64,000 bases of DNA. Source: Thermoanaerobaculia bacterium. Its GTDB lineage: Bacteria; Acidobacteriota; Thermoanaerobaculia; Multivoradales; Multivoraceae. The translations under genes were made by a program, and so were the position numbers. Shown piece by piece: positions 1 to 9,695 of the stretch (within the stretch, counting starts at the first letter, position 1; every line of letters starts with the position of its first letter). Location: positions 6,272,001-6,336,000 of the forward strand of contig OY761158.1 in NCBI GenBank assembly GCA_963664405.1, given 5' to 3'. Under the pieces are notes generated by a model. The model had not been told where the DNA came from. It made no database searches and saw only the letters and a list, made by a program, of their open reading frames with translations.

Positions 1-191
1 CACCGATGTATCTAGCTCTCATGTATGCGGGGCTCGGCGAGACCGATGAGGCCTTCCGCTGGCTCGAGCGGGCCCATGAGATGCATGACCCCGGGCTCGT
101 CTACCTCGCGATCAAGCCAGGGTTCGAGAGCCTTCGCACGGATCCCCGCTTCGTGGAACTGGCAGAGCGGATAGGCCTCGATCCTCCCTAG
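1..191 (+). CDS. 3' end of a TPR-containing protein (C-terminus typical of TolB-like/TPR kinase or adenylate cyclase proteins); partial
   Basis: ORF 6..191 reads YAGLGETDEAFRWLERA...PGFESLRTDPRF...IGL, a common TPR-tail signature; the 5' part lies outside the window. Confidence 0.65.
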   Translation, partial: PMYLALMYAGLGETDEAFRWLERAHEMHDPGLVYLAIKPGFESLRTDPRFVELAERIGLDPP

Positions 192-420
192 GCTCCAGAA
201 ATGATGGCTATCATTTCCTCCGCTGGGCGCGCCCCGCCTAGTTGTCTTTTGGCGCCGAGGACGGCGCACTTGGGCGTTGCTTCCTATTCGCTCACGGAAA
301 CGGCTCTGGCCGAATACTCGGACACGCTCCTAGCCCCAGAAAACGCGCCTTCGGCCCGTTTTCCGGCCCATCCCCGCCTGAGAACTACTCGCCTGTCCGA
401 ATTCTCGGACAGGCTCCTAG
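188..420. repeat. Two tandem CTAG-bounded MITE modules (188-333 and 330-420; the latter is 'module B')
   Basis: Both end in TCGGACA(C/G)GCTCCTAG; module B (GCCCC..AAAACG..GGCCCGTT.TCCGGCCCATCCCCGCCTGAGAACTACTCGCC..AGGCTCCTAG) recurs at 9804-9844 + 13235-13278. Confidence 0.7.
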
Positions 421-804
421 ACCAGCGTTTCCAAAGTAGCGCTACATATCTCGGCCCGTTCTGCCCCGCTGGCGGCGTTGCGCCTCCTCGACATATTGAA
501 TAGGGTTGTTTGCGGAGTCGCGGAGCGATTCCGTCAACGGCGTGTTGAACGAAGCCGCGGGATCGAAGCGAGGACCTATGTGGATTGTTCGGTGATCAGG
601 AGCCGTCGGGCGGCGCCGGCGTCGAGGTATCGAGGGTCGAAGGCGCGAGTCTCGTCGAGGAAGAGGCTGGGAAGCTCGAGATGGGGGGAGCTGACAGAGT
701 GCCGAGGCGGGTCATCGCAATCTCAGACGGAGGTAGAGATAGAGGTGTCCTAGGCCATCTAGGGTCGGACGGCGAGAACGCCACAGATCTACGAGGCAGG
801 TGGT

Positions 805-2001
805 TCATGGTGATCGTGCCCTGCTCGAAACGGGCGAGGGAGGTTGGTAAGCGGGCAGGTCTTGCTTGATGACGAGATGGCCCTTGCGGCACTTCGGACA
901 CAGGGTCACGTCTTCGCCGGTGAGTCGCTGGAGGAGCTGTTGCCAGGTTTCAAGCGGCGGCGTGGCTGTGGTCTGATCGGTGTACGCCGCCATGCCGCCT
1001 AGCAGCTGCCTGCACAATGGAATGAGCTTGCGTTTGAGCGGGTTGGCAAGCAGTCCGTAGTGTCGAATTCTCATGAAGCCCTTGGGTAGGACGTGGAGGA
1101 GGAAGCGCCGGATGAATTCTCCTGCGTCGACACGCAGGAGCTTGGTTTGGTTGCCGTGGGCTCGGTCTCTCCATCGGAAAGTGACCTGACCTTTCTCGAG
1201 TGAGACCAGACGGCTGTTGGAGATAGCGACGCAGTGGGTATATCGCCCGAGATATTTCAGGACGCGCTCTGGACCGCCGAAGGGCGGCTTGCTGTAGACG
1301 ACCCATTTCTTCTGCGCCGCCTTGCGAAGCAGCGGGCGATCGTCCGAGCGGATCACGCCCTCCCGAAGAGCCCGCTCGAGCTTTTGTAGGAGCTTGCCCC
1401 GAAAGACGGTAGCGAGGACTCGGACCGAGAAGAGAAAACGCGGTTTCGTCGCGACCCACCGGGTGCCGTCGGGGTCGAGGCCTCCTCCGGTCACGATGCA
1501 GTGGAGGTGAGGGTGATAGAGGAGCTTCTGCGTCCAGGTATGCAGGATGACCGAGAAGCCAATCTTCGCTCCGAGGTTCTTGGGTCGCAAGGCGACCTCG
1601 CGAAGAGTCTCAGCCGCGGCGGCAAAGAGCAGCTTGTAGGCCGGCTTGGGATCGGCGAGAAAGATCGGGTGCAGGACGTCGGGCACCGTGAAAACGACGT
1701 GGTGGTACTCGGTGGGCAGTAGCGCGTCTCGCTGGGCCTCGACCCAGCGCGCCTGCTCGAGGTGCTGACACTTGGGGCAGTGACGGTTGCGGCAGCTGTT
1801 GTAGGAAGCCAGCACGTGGCCGCAGGTGTCACATTCGTGCAGATGTCCACCGAGGGCAGCGGTTCTGCAGGCGGTAATGTCCCGGACCACACGCGCCCTC
1901 GGGTCGCTCAAGGCGGGGAGCCGACCGGCATGCTCTCGGAAGATGTCGGCGAGCTCCAGACTCGAGCGGCCGGCGCGGCGCCGGCTCGCTGGACAGTGCA
2001 C
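805..2001 (-). CDS. IS91-family HUH (Y2) transposase with N-terminal zinc-binding domain
   Basis: CDTCGH..YNSCRNRHCPKC zinc motif, LHTW..HPHLH HUH motif, YLGRY tyrosines, RFLLHVLPKGFMRIRHYGLL. Confidence 0.95.
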   Translation of the reverse strand: MHCPASRRRAGRSSLELADIFREHAGRLPALSDPRARVVRDITACRTAALGGHLHECDTCGHVLASYNSCRNRHCPKCQHLEQARWVEAQRDALLPTEYHHVVFTVPDVLHPIFLADPKPAYKLLFAAAAETLREVALRPKNLGAKIGFSVILHTWTQKLLYHPHLHCIVTGGGLDPDGTRWVATKPRFLFSVRVLATVFRGKLLQKLERALREGVIRSDDRPLLRKAAQKKWVVYSKPPFGGPERVLKYLGRYTHCVAISNSRLVSLEKGQVTFRWRDRAHGNQTKLLRVDAGEFIRRFLLHVLPKGFMRIRHYGLLANPLKRKLIPLCRQLLGGMAAYTDQTTATPPLETWQQLLQRLTGEDVTLCPKCRKGHLVIKQDLPAYQPPSPVSSRARSP

Positions 2002-2004
2002 GGC

Positions 2005-2868
2005 TCAGCCGGTGCTGTGCGACCGGCTCTTGGGATCTGGGAGAAGATCCAGAGGACAGGGTGTCTCGTCGAGGAAATCGCTGGCAACATGGGTGTAGAC
2101 CTGTGTCGAGCGCAGGCTCGTGTGGCCCAGCAGAATCTGGATCTTCCGGAGATTGACGCCGCTCTCGAGCAAGTGGGTCGCGAAGCTGTGTCGCAAAGTG
2201 TGCACGGACACCTTCTTGGTGATCCCTGCCGCCTCCCTTGCCTTATGGAAGACCAGCTCGACGCTGCTGCGAGTCAGATGTCGAGGTGGAGTCTGACCAG
2301 GAAAGAGCCAGTCCTGAGGCCGCGTGGTCTTCCAATACTCACGAAGAACGGTGAGCAGTCTCTCGGAGAGCATCACGTAGCGATCCTTGCGGCCTTTTCC
2401 CTGCTCGATGCGTAGCATCATGCGCTGAGAGTCGATGTCGGAGACTCGCAAGGCCACGACCTCCGAGACCCGTAGCCCAGCGGCGTAGACGGTCGCCAGG
2501 ATGGCTCGGTGTTTGAGATTCGTCAGCGCATCTAGAATGGCTGCCACCTCTTGCTGGCTCAAAACCACCGGGAGTTTCCTTCGGGTTTTCTGGTAGGGAA
2601 TCCGGCCGATGTCCCAGCTCTTGTGCAGGGTGACGCCGTAAAAGAAACGAAGAGCCCCCACGGACTGGTTGAACACCGCCCACGAGACCTTGCGCTCACG
2701 GGTCAGATGAAGTTGGTAACGATGGATCTCGTCGAGGCCGAGCTCGTTAGGTGGGCGCATGTAGTAACGAACAAACTCCTTGACCCGACCGAGGTAGCAC
2801 TGCTGAGTATTAGGACTGAAGCCGCGAATCTCCATGTCCTCCTCCATACGCTGGCGAAACTCTCCCAT
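2005..2868 (-). CDS. Tyrosine recombinase/integrase (XerD-like)
   Basis: AGLRVSE, KGRKDR, HTLRHSFATHLLE, LLGH..T..YTHV catalytic set; ATG at 2868 preceded by AAGGAGA RBS (ORF track starts at 2904). Confidence 0.95.
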   Translation of the reverse strand: MGEFRQRMEEDMEIRGFSPNTQQCYLGRVKEFVRYYMRPPNELGLDEIHRYQLHLTRERKVSWAVFNQSVGALRFFYGVTLHKSWDIGRIPYQKTRRKLPVVLSQQEVAAILDALTNLKHRAILATVYAAGLRVSEVVALRVSDIDSQRMMLRIEQGKGRKDRYVMLSERLLTVLREYWKTTRPQDWLFPGQTPPRHLTRSSVELVFHKAREAAGITKKVSVHTLRHSFATHLLESGVNLRKIQILLGHTSLRSTQVYTHVASDFLDETPCPLDLLPDPKSRSHSTG

Positions 2869-3118
2869 CACGCTCTCCTTTTCCTGCACCGGTCGCCCCA
2901 ACATGGGACGGACCTGAGGTTTCAGGAGAACCTATCGGTAGCGCGACAAACGGCAGCCAAAGGACCGCAGAGTCGAGGGCTCGTCGACGGCTGACCGGAC
3001 GCCTCGGTCTCCACCGCGTTAGCGGTTTCGTTCATTCCCCAATATGCCTACGTCGGCGCGCCTTGCCAGCGAACAGAATGACCGCGAGCTATTGTAGCGC
3101 GACTTTGGAAACGCTGGT

Positions 3119-4477
3119 CTAGTCGATGTAGCCGAGCTCCTTCAGATCCTCGACGGTATCTTGGTCGAGCACTTCTTGGGCCGGCGCCACTGGCCGCAGA
3201 TTGGCGTGCCACTCTGCGAGAAGGGCTTGCATCCTGGCTACCTGCTCGCCCTCACTTGCAGCAATGTTCTTCTTCTCGGCCGGGTCCTGGACCAGATCGT
3301 AGAGCTCGGTCGCAGTGCCCTCGAGATGAGTGATGAGCTTGTATCTGTCGGTGCGCACCGCCACCGAGCTGGTGTGCTCGGAGACCACGTAAGGGCGTGC
3401 CTCAGGCCTTTGCCCTCCGCGAATCCAGGGTAGAAGGCTGCGTCTGGCGGCTGACTCGTCCAGCTCGGCCCCTGCGGCCTCGAGCAGGGTTGGCACGAGG
3501 TCACGCAATTCGGCGAGCGAGCTCTGCTCTGATCCTGGGGCAGTGCCCCAGCCCACCGGCGGCTTGAACACCAGCGGAACCGAGATCAACTCGTCGTGGA
3601 GCGAGCCCCCATGCCCCATGTGGCCGTGCTCGAAAAACTCCTCTCCGTGGTCGCTGGTGAGGACGATCAGGGTGTCGTCCCAGAGACCGCGCTCGCGGAG
3701 GGAGGCGATGAGGCCGCCCATGCTGCGGTCGAAGCCGAGAATCTCTTCGTCGTAACGCGCCTCCATCGCCTCGAGCTCCTCGGCGCTCAGAACCACAGCT
3801 CCGGAGCGCAGATCGGTGCGCAGCTTCCGCCACTGGTGGCAGAAGGAGCGACCTTCGTAGTCGGCAGTGAAGGTGCCTTTGACGCCCTCGGGCGGGCAGT
3901 ACGGCCAGTGAAGCTCCAGGTAGTGCAGATAGGCGAAGAAAGGTCGCCGCGGCTCGCTCTCGAGCCATTCCAGAAAGCGCTTGTTGATGCGAGAGGCCTT
4001 GGCCGATTTGTGATTGTAGAAGTCGAAGCCCTGGTTGAGTCCGAATTTCGGGGCCAGCTGGCCCTGCTCGCCGACCAGGGCGGTGGCATAGCCGACTGCC
4101 CCGAGGCCCTCCGCGATCGTAACCGCCGCCTCGGAGAGGCGCGCTCCGGAGTGCTCGCCTTCTCCGGCCACGAAGCCGGCGAGTTGGTGCTCTGAGGGGT
4201 AGAGCCCGGTGAGGATCGTTGGCACTGAAGGCCGGGTCCAGGGAGCTTGTGAGAAGGCGGAGGTGAAGCGAATGCCCTCTTCGACCAGGATGTCGAGATT
4301 CGGCGTCAGAGCGCGCCGGTAGGGGTGCGGAGCCGCGAAGCGATCGCCTCGCAGACAGTCGACCAGGAGTACGAGTATGTTCGGCGGCGGTGTCGGTTCC
4401 GGCGGTACCTCCTGACGGCACGCGGCTGATGAGAGCGACGCTAGGAGGAGGGCGGCAGAAGCAGGTGAAAATCTCAA
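3119..4477 (-). CDS. Sulfatase-like protein (alkaline phosphatase superfamily), probable lipoprotein, Thr at the nucleophile position
   Basis: NILVLLVDCLRGD, APWTRPS..TILTGLYP, SDHGEEF, ELYDL..DP.E, LKELGYI; N-terminal hydrophobic stretch ending SSAAC. Confidence 0.88.
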   Translation of the reverse strand: MRFSPASAALLLASLSSAACRQEVPPEPTPPPNILVLLVDCLRGDRFAAPHPYRRALTPNLDILVEEGIRFTSAFSQAPWTRPSVPTILTGLYPSEHQLAGFVAGEGEHSGARLSEAAVTIAEGLGAVGYATALVGEQGQLAPKFGLNQGFDFYNHKSAKASRINKRFLEWLESEPRRPFFAYLHYLELHWPYCPPEGVKGTFTADYEGRSFCHQWRKLRTDLRSGAVVLSAEELEAMEARYDEEILGFDRSMGGLIASLRERGLWDDTLIVLTSDHGEEFFEHGHMGHGGSLHDELISVPLVFKPPVGWGTAPGSEQSSLAELRDLVPTLLEAAGAELDESAARRSLLPWIRGGQRPEARPYVVSEHTSSVAVRTDRYKLITHLEGTATELYDLVQDPAEKKNIAASEGEQVARMQALLAEWHANLRPVAPAQEVLDQDTVEDLKELGYID

Positions 4478-4547
4478 GCTGGAGGCTCCCGCTGGCCGAA
4501 ACTATACCTGGTTTGACAGGGTCGAGACGCGTTCTTAAGATCTGGGC

Positions 4548-5594
4548 GTGATGGAGGCTCGAAAACGCCGAATTTGTGACTCTGCGGTCGCCGCGGTGAG
4601 CCTTGTCTTGCTGGTCGGCGTGGTTCCGGGAGAGGCCCAGGAGATTGTTTTGCAGTCTTCTTTTGACGATCGGCTGTATGCCGTGGCCGCCGACTCGGGT
4701 CGCTTTCTCGTCGGTGAGCGGGGGCATGAGGTCAGTGTTCTGAGGTCCGACGGTCTCCAGCCTTCTTCCTTCGCGGCGTTGCGGGAGGGGTGGGCTCTCG
4801 CCGGTTCCAGAGCGGTCGGACAAGGCGGCAGGGCTTTAGTGCTCTTTCGCGGGGGAGAGGGAGAACCGCAAGAAGTGCCGCTACCTGAGCAGTTTTCGCG
4901 CCTATGCACCTGGCCCTCCATGGTCGTCGATCGGGGGCGTCTGGCCGGGTTGGTCTGGCTCGAGGGCAGAGACCAAGCAAACCTCGGTGTTCGGGCCTCT
5001 GCGTGGGACGGCCGTCGCTTCGGACCTTCTCGGTGGGTCTCGTCGCCCGGGCAGGGGAGTCAGCTTGCACTCTCGACAGCGGCGTTGGCGGACGGTAGTT
5101 GGCTTGTGGTCTGGAGCGCCTTCGACGGCGGGGACGACGAGATTCTGTCGAGTCAGCGAATCGGTGAGGTGTGGACCCAACCACTAAGAGTCCATGTGGG
5201 AAACTCGGTTCCCGACATAACTCCGGTAGTTACGGCGACTGCCAGAGGCGCGGTTGCCGCTTGGAGTCGGTACGACGGCGAGCACTATCGACTCCGTCTC
5301 AGTCGATTCCGAAACGGCGAGTGGATTCGGGAACGGTCGCTGGGAGGTGACGGTTCGGTGTTTCCCTTCTTCGTGGGCGACGGACTCGGCAACAAGACTC
5401 TGCTGGTCTACCCCACCCTCGGCGACGGGATCTGGACGGTGACGGAGATCGGTCGGCGGGGCCAGGTCATCGCGTCTTCGCATTGGCCTCAGAAGACCAG
5501 AAGACGCCCGCTGGTGCGAGAAGACAGCGATCAGAGGCCGACCCTGGAATGGCTTCCGGATGTGCCTCTCTCGTCGCGAGGGACTCGCCGTTGA
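4548..5594 (+). CDS. Hypothetical exported protein with repeated beta-strand motifs
   Basis: 348-aa ORF with signal-peptide-like N-terminus; repeated VW/AWS motifs; stop overlaps the next start (TTGA). Confidence 0.6.
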   Translation: MMEARKRRICDSAVAAVSLVLLVGVVPGEAQEIVLQSSFDDRLYAVAADSGRFLVGERGHEVSVLRSDGLQPSSFAALREGWALAGSRAVGQGGRALVLFRGGEGEPQEVPLPEQFSRLCTWPSMVVDRGRLAGLVWLEGRDQANLGVRASAWDGRRFGPSRWVSSPGQGSQLALSTAALADGSWLVVWSAFDGGDDEILSSQRIGEVWTQPLRVHVGNSVPDITPVVTATARGAVAAWSRYDGEHYRLRLSRFRNGEWIRERSLGGDGSVFPFFVGDGLGNKTLLVYPTLGDGIWTVTEIGRRGQVIASSHWPQKTRRRPLVREDSDQRPTLEWLPDVPLSSRGTRR

Positions 5595-6742
5595 AGCGTC
5601 GAATCGCAAAGTGGGTGTGCCGTGGCTTGATGCTGGCGCCGATGCTCCTCGCCGCCTCGGCCTCGGGCCAACTCATCTACCTCTCGTTCGGTGACAGCAT
5701 CACTTCTGGAACGGGAGACGGGACGGAGCGTGGCGGCTATCCACCGCGACTCGAAGATCTCCTCAACCAGGCGGGCGAGAACGTCGAGGTTCAGAATCAT
5801 GGACAGCCCGGCGAGTTCACCAACGAGGGGGTCACTCGCATCGAAGAGGTCCTGGCGATGGGGGGGGATGTTCTTCTTCTCATGGAGGGGACCAACGACA
5901 TCGCTCGCGGTCTCTCAGAGGAGACGACTCTGTTCAACCTCGGAGAGATGGCGAGGAAGGCCGAGGATCTGGGCATGGAGGTCGTCATCGCAAGTCTGAT
6001 CCCGCGTATTCCCGAGGCCCGCATCGATCCCGAGAACATTCTCAACCAGCGTTTGGTCGAAGGCATCCGTGATCTCGCCGGCGTCTCGATGAGAGATCTG
6101 GTCGATCCTTTTGAGGAATGGCAGACGATCGAAGATCTCTTCGATCGCTTCTACGCCGAGATTGAAGAGGATCCGGTGGGCCACCCCAACGCTGCCGGTT
6201 ACGACTCCATGGCCTCGACCTATTTCGACGTCCTCACCGGAACCGACAGCGTGCCGCCGGTTACCGGCGTGACCTTGCCCAAGACCGGGCGCACCGAGGT
6301 CCCCGCCGGGGCGACGATCCGCATGGATGTCTGGGACTTCGGAGAGGGTATCGATGTGGCGGCTACCGAGCTCTTCATCAATGGAGAGACGGTGGCTGCC
6401 GATGTGGGTGGCAATCCTTCCCGGGTAAGGATCGAGTGGACTCTCGATGCTGCTCAGCGCGGCAGAATCGATATCGGACTCAGGTCTCGTGATCTGGCAA
6501 GCCCCGCCAACGTAGTGGATCGAGTGGTCGCTACTTTTGATGTGGAGCTCGAGGAGCTGGTCGGCGATATAGACGACAGTGGTCGAGTCGACGGTGTGGA
6601 TCTGGTCTTGTTCGCGCGCTCCTTTGGCGCCGAGGTAGGGGAGGTACGCTACCTGGAGGAGGCCGACTTCGATAGTGATGGCACCATCGACGGTGAAGAT
6701 CTTGCCGTTCTGGCCAGCGGCTTCGGCACAAGTCTGTCTTGA
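5591..6742 (+). CDS. SGNH/GDSL hydrolase with C-terminal dockerin-like domain
   Basis: FGDSIT, EGTND, GHPN blocks; duplicated GDIDDSGRVDGVDL / ADFDSDGTIDGEDL calcium-binding repeats; start TTG 5591 inferred (track starts 5483). Confidence 0.85.
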   Translation: MKRRIAKWVCRGLMLAPMLLAASASGQLIYLSFGDSITSGTGDGTERGGYPPRLEDLLNQAGENVEVQNHGQPGEFTNEGVTRIEEVLAMGGDVLLLMEGTNDIARGLSEETTLFNLGEMARKAEDLGMEVVIASLIPRIPEARIDPENILNQRLVEGIRDLAGVSMRDLVDPFEEWQTIEDLFDRFYAEIEEDPVGHPNAAGYDSMASTYFDVLTGTDSVPPVTGVTLPKTGRTEVPAGATIRMDVWDFGEGIDVAATELFINGETVAADVGGNPSRVRIEWTLDAAQRGRIDIGLRSRDLASPANVVDRVVATFDVELEELVGDIDDSGRVDGVDLVLFARSFGAEVGEVRYLEEADFDSDGTIDGEDLAVLASGFGTSLS

Positions 6743-6828
6743 TCCTCGAGATCTGCGCTTGCTCTACCCGCACCCGTTGACACCTGAAGCCCGCTGCTGA
6801 TGAGGGCCACTTTCCACGGGTCCGGGGT

Positions 6829-8280
6829 GTGACTCTGCAACGTGGCCGGCCGTTGCCTGGGTGGGGTCGATGGGCTCCGCTGGCGGTTGCGACGGTCGCG
6901 ATTGTGGCGGCTGGCCTCTTCTTGGAGAAGTGGGCGGGTATGGATCCGTTGCGGCAGGCGCTGCCGTCGGAGGAAGTGGCAGCCGAGGCATTCGGCGAGG
7001 GTAGGCTCGAGCGAATTCTCTTCGAGCTCGGGGCGATACACGCCGCTCCGACTGCCTCTCGGGAGGACGCCGCAGGACAGTCCGGTATTCGCCGGGGACC
7101 GGCCCGATGGCGAGTCGGAAAGGCGGACGCGAAGTCGCTGCCGAGCACCGTTGCGGCGCCTCAGGAGGCGGTGGCAAGCGGTGTGCGGGTGCTGTCACTG
7201 GCGCTAGAGCCGGAAGGCTGGGAGTTCCTGCAGCGTCATACGCGCGGCAGAGGACTCGACTTCGAGCGTTCCGCATATGCCAGTCTCTTCGAAAGCGGAG
7301 AGCTTTTGTTCGCCTCTGGAGTGGGCGTGCGCATTCACGGTGGGCGCAGCCGACGTCACGAGAGTGCCAAGAGCTTGCGCCTTTATTTCGACGAGAGCTA
7401 CGGCGCAGCAGGCGCTCCTGCCTCCCTATTCGATTGGCGGCACCAGGGTGAAGTCGCCCGGCTGGTAGTCCATAGCGACCTGCGCTGGGACCACGAAGGA
7501 AACGAGTGGCGCTCGGCAAGCCCGCTTGCCTACGATCTGGCCCGTCGAATGGGCGCCTTTGCGCCGGAGACTTCGCCTGCGCTGCTCTTCGTCAATGGCG
7601 AGTCCCTCGGGCTGTTCTTCCTCACCGAGCGACTGGACGCCGATTTCTTACGCCGGCACTTTGGTCACGAGGAGTTTGTCTTCCTGCGTACCAAGCGCGA
7701 TTCTGGGGCGCAGCGCTGGCAGCAGGGCAACCGCGACCTCTTCCTCTGGATGCGGGCAACCGTAAGAGCCGTTCCCGGCAGTGAGCTCGAGCGCCTATCG
7801 ACAGTCGTCGATGTCGACAACCTGATCCGCTGGTTTCTGTCGGTGGGTTTTTGCGGCACCACCGATCCTTTTCAGGGCCCCTTGTTGCGAGATACTTCGA
7901 GCCCCACTGGACGCTGGTTCTGGGTCAATTGGGACATGGACCACAGCTTCATGAATGCGCGGCCGAGCGAGGTGCCCCCATGGGAGGTGAATCTCTTTTC
8001 TTGGATCCTCGAGGGCCAGCATCCGGATCTGCGGGCGATTCTGCTCCGACGCTTCTGGCGCGGCAGCCCCGAGTTTCGCCGCCTCGCCGCGGACACCCTC
8101 GAAGAGATTCTGGAGCAGCGACTGACCGATGAGTTTCTCGCTGAGCGCTACGCCTATTATCGCCAGGTTGCCGCCGACTATGGCGTTCGCAACGACGGCT
8201 ATCTCGAGGTGATGGGTGAGTTTCTCGAGCGCCGAAAGGACGTCGTTCGTCGCCAGATGGCGGAGCTTCTCGGCGGCTGA
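6829..8280 (+). CDS. CotH kinase family protein
   Basis: GVRIHGGRSR..KSLRLYF, LFVNGESLGLFFLTER, WDMDHSF motifs of CotH. Confidence 0.8.
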   Translation: MTLQRGRPLPGWGRWAPLAVATVAIVAAGLFLEKWAGMDPLRQALPSEEVAAEAFGEGRLERILFELGAIHAAPTASREDAAGQSGIRRGPARWRVGKADAKSLPSTVAAPQEAVASGVRVLSLALEPEGWEFLQRHTRGRGLDFERSAYASLFESGELLFASGVGVRIHGGRSRRHESAKSLRLYFDESYGAAGAPASLFDWRHQGEVARLVVHSDLRWDHEGNEWRSASPLAYDLARRMGAFAPETSPALLFVNGESLGLFFLTERLDADFLRRHFGHEEFVFLRTKRDSGAQRWQQGNRDLFLWMRATVRAVPGSELERLSTVVDVDNLIRWFLSVGFCGTTDPFQGPLLRDTSSPTGRWFWVNWDMDHSFMNARPSEVPPWEVNLFSWILEGQHPDLRAILLRRFWRGSPEFRRLAADTLEEILEQRLTDEFLAERYAYYRQVAADYGVRNDGYLEVMGEFLERRKDVVRRQMAELLGG

Positions 8281-8312
8281 CAAGACCAGCGCTCGGGTGG
8301 TAGCTTCCGCAC

Positions 8313-9695
8313 GTGAGGCCGAGCTCGTTTTGTTGTTGCTGCGTCGCTCTTTGCAGCGTGCTTGGGGTTGGATGCGGTGAAGCGCCTCCGGTGCTGCCCC
8401 CGGGCGCTCCTGTGGTCCTGGTTGTAGTCGACACTCTCAGGGCTGACCATCTGAGCGTGTACGACCACCCGCTGGAGACCTCTCCTCATCTCGAGGCCTG
8501 GTCCGAGCGTGGAGCGGTCTACGATCGAGCCTTCGCAAGCGCGCCTTGGACCCTCCCCAGTGTTGGCTCCATCTTCACTGGGCGCTACCCCCTCCAGCAC
8601 GGTTCCGGCCGCGCCAAGAAGCTGCGTCCCAATGGCGAGACGAGGCGCATATTCGTGGGTCTCGACGAGTCTTCCCCGACCCTGGCCGAAGTACTCACCA
8701 AGGCCGGTTACAACGCCGGGGCGCTGGTCACCAACACCTTCCTACGCCCAATCTTCGGACTCACGAGGGGTTTCGAGAGCTACGACCACGCTCGCAACGC
8801 CTTCCTCTTCGAGCGTCAGGCAGATGTGATGGTGGAGCGCGGCCTGGAGTGGATCGATGCCCAGGAGGAGGCGCCCTTCTTCCTGTTCCTTCATCTGCTC
8901 GACCCGCACATGCCCTACGATCCCGCGCCGGCGGTGGCGGGGCGCTTTACCGCAGACTACGAGGGTAGTTTGAAGGCTCCGATTCGCCCCAAGGGGGGGT
9001 TCATCAAGAAGATCAAGCGCCGAGAGAGCAACCTCGACGAGGCCGACATCGAATTCCTCCGAGGGCTCTACGATGAAGAGATCGCTTTCGTCGATCAGCA
9101 GCTTGGCCTTCTTTTGGAGGGCCTGGAGGAGCGCGGCATCCTTGAGTCGGGCCTGGTGATCCTGACCGCCGATCATGGAGAAGAGCTGCTGGATCACGGC
9201 TCCTTCGAACATGGGCACAGCATGTATCAGGAAGTGCTCCATATTCCCCTCATGGTTTGGGGTCAATCGGTGATGCCGGGGAGGCGTTTGGACCCCGTGT
9301 CTCTGGTGGACATCCTGCCGACGGTCGTCGATGCTCTGGGCCTCCCCTTCTCCTCGCCGGTCGACGGGATCTCACTTTGGGCGTCGCTGAGTCGCGGCAA
9401 GAAATTGCCGAAGCGGGCTCTTCTCGCGCAAAACAGCCTCTATGGATCGCAGCGGCAGACCCTGGTGGAGTGGCCCTATAAGTTGATCGTCAATCTCGAG
9501 CGTGAGCAGGTCCTGCTCTTCGACCTCGAGAAGGACCCCGGCGAGACGACAAATCTGAGCGAGTCTCATCCCAAGCTGCGCCAGCGACTCTTTGCCGCCA
9601 TGCCTGAGCGTGGAACGCTGCCGATGCGTGGGAAAGAGGTTGATCTCGACGAGGAGACGAGCGAGCAGCTTCGGGCCCTCGGCTACACCCCCTGA
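8313..9695 (+). CDS. Sulfatase-like lipoprotein, Thr at the nucleophile position
   Basis: VVLVVVDTLRADHL, APWTLPS..SIFTGRYP, DPHMPY, ADHGEE, QLRALGY; lipobox-like LGVGC. Confidence 0.9.
   Translation: MRPSSFCCCCVALCSVLGVGCGEAPPVLPPGAPVVLVVVDTLRADHLSVYDHPLETSPHLEAWSERGAVYDRAFASAPWTLPSVGSIFTGRYPLQHGSGRAKKLRPNGETRRIFVGLDESSPTLAEVLTKAGYNAGALVTNTFLRPIFGLTRGFESYDHARNAFLFERQADVMVERGLEWIDAQEEAPFFLFLHLLDPHMPYDPAPAVAGRFTADYEGSLKAPIRPKGGFIKKIKRRESNLDEADIEFLRGLYDEEIAFVDQQLGLLLEGLEERGILESGLVILTADHGEELLDHGSFEHGHSMYQEVLHIPLMVWGQSVMPGRRLDPVSLVDILPTVVDALGLPFSSPVDGISLWASLSRGKKLPKRALLAQNSLYGSQRQTLVEWPYKLIVNLEREQVLLFDLEKDPGETTNLSESHPKLRQRLFAAMPERGTLPMRGKEVDLDEETSEQLRALGYTP

Larger units (their letters stand above)
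498..3034 (-). mobile_element. IS91-like two-gene element (tyrosine recombinase + IS91-family transposase)
   Basis: Boundaries are defined by the interrupted MITE: CATATT|GAATAGGG...GTTTCGTTCA|TTCCCCAATATG, with TT on both sides. Confidence 0.85.
417..3122. repeat. MITE A copy 1, split into 417-497 and 3035-3122 by the IS91-like element
   Basis: Left TIR CTAGACCAGCGTTTCCAAAGT at 417, right TIR ACTTTGGAAACGCTGGTCTAG ending 3122; the two halves rejoin to match the intact copy at 18148-18310. Confidence 0.88.

Noticed and set aside
3501-4823. Long alternative-frame or antisense ORFs (e.g. 3501-4823, 10736-11914, 25575-26846, 36904-38547, 43454-44758, 51034-52320)
   Set aside because: They overlap well-supported genes and have Arg/Pro/Ala-rich, motif-free translations typical of high-GC shadow ORFs.
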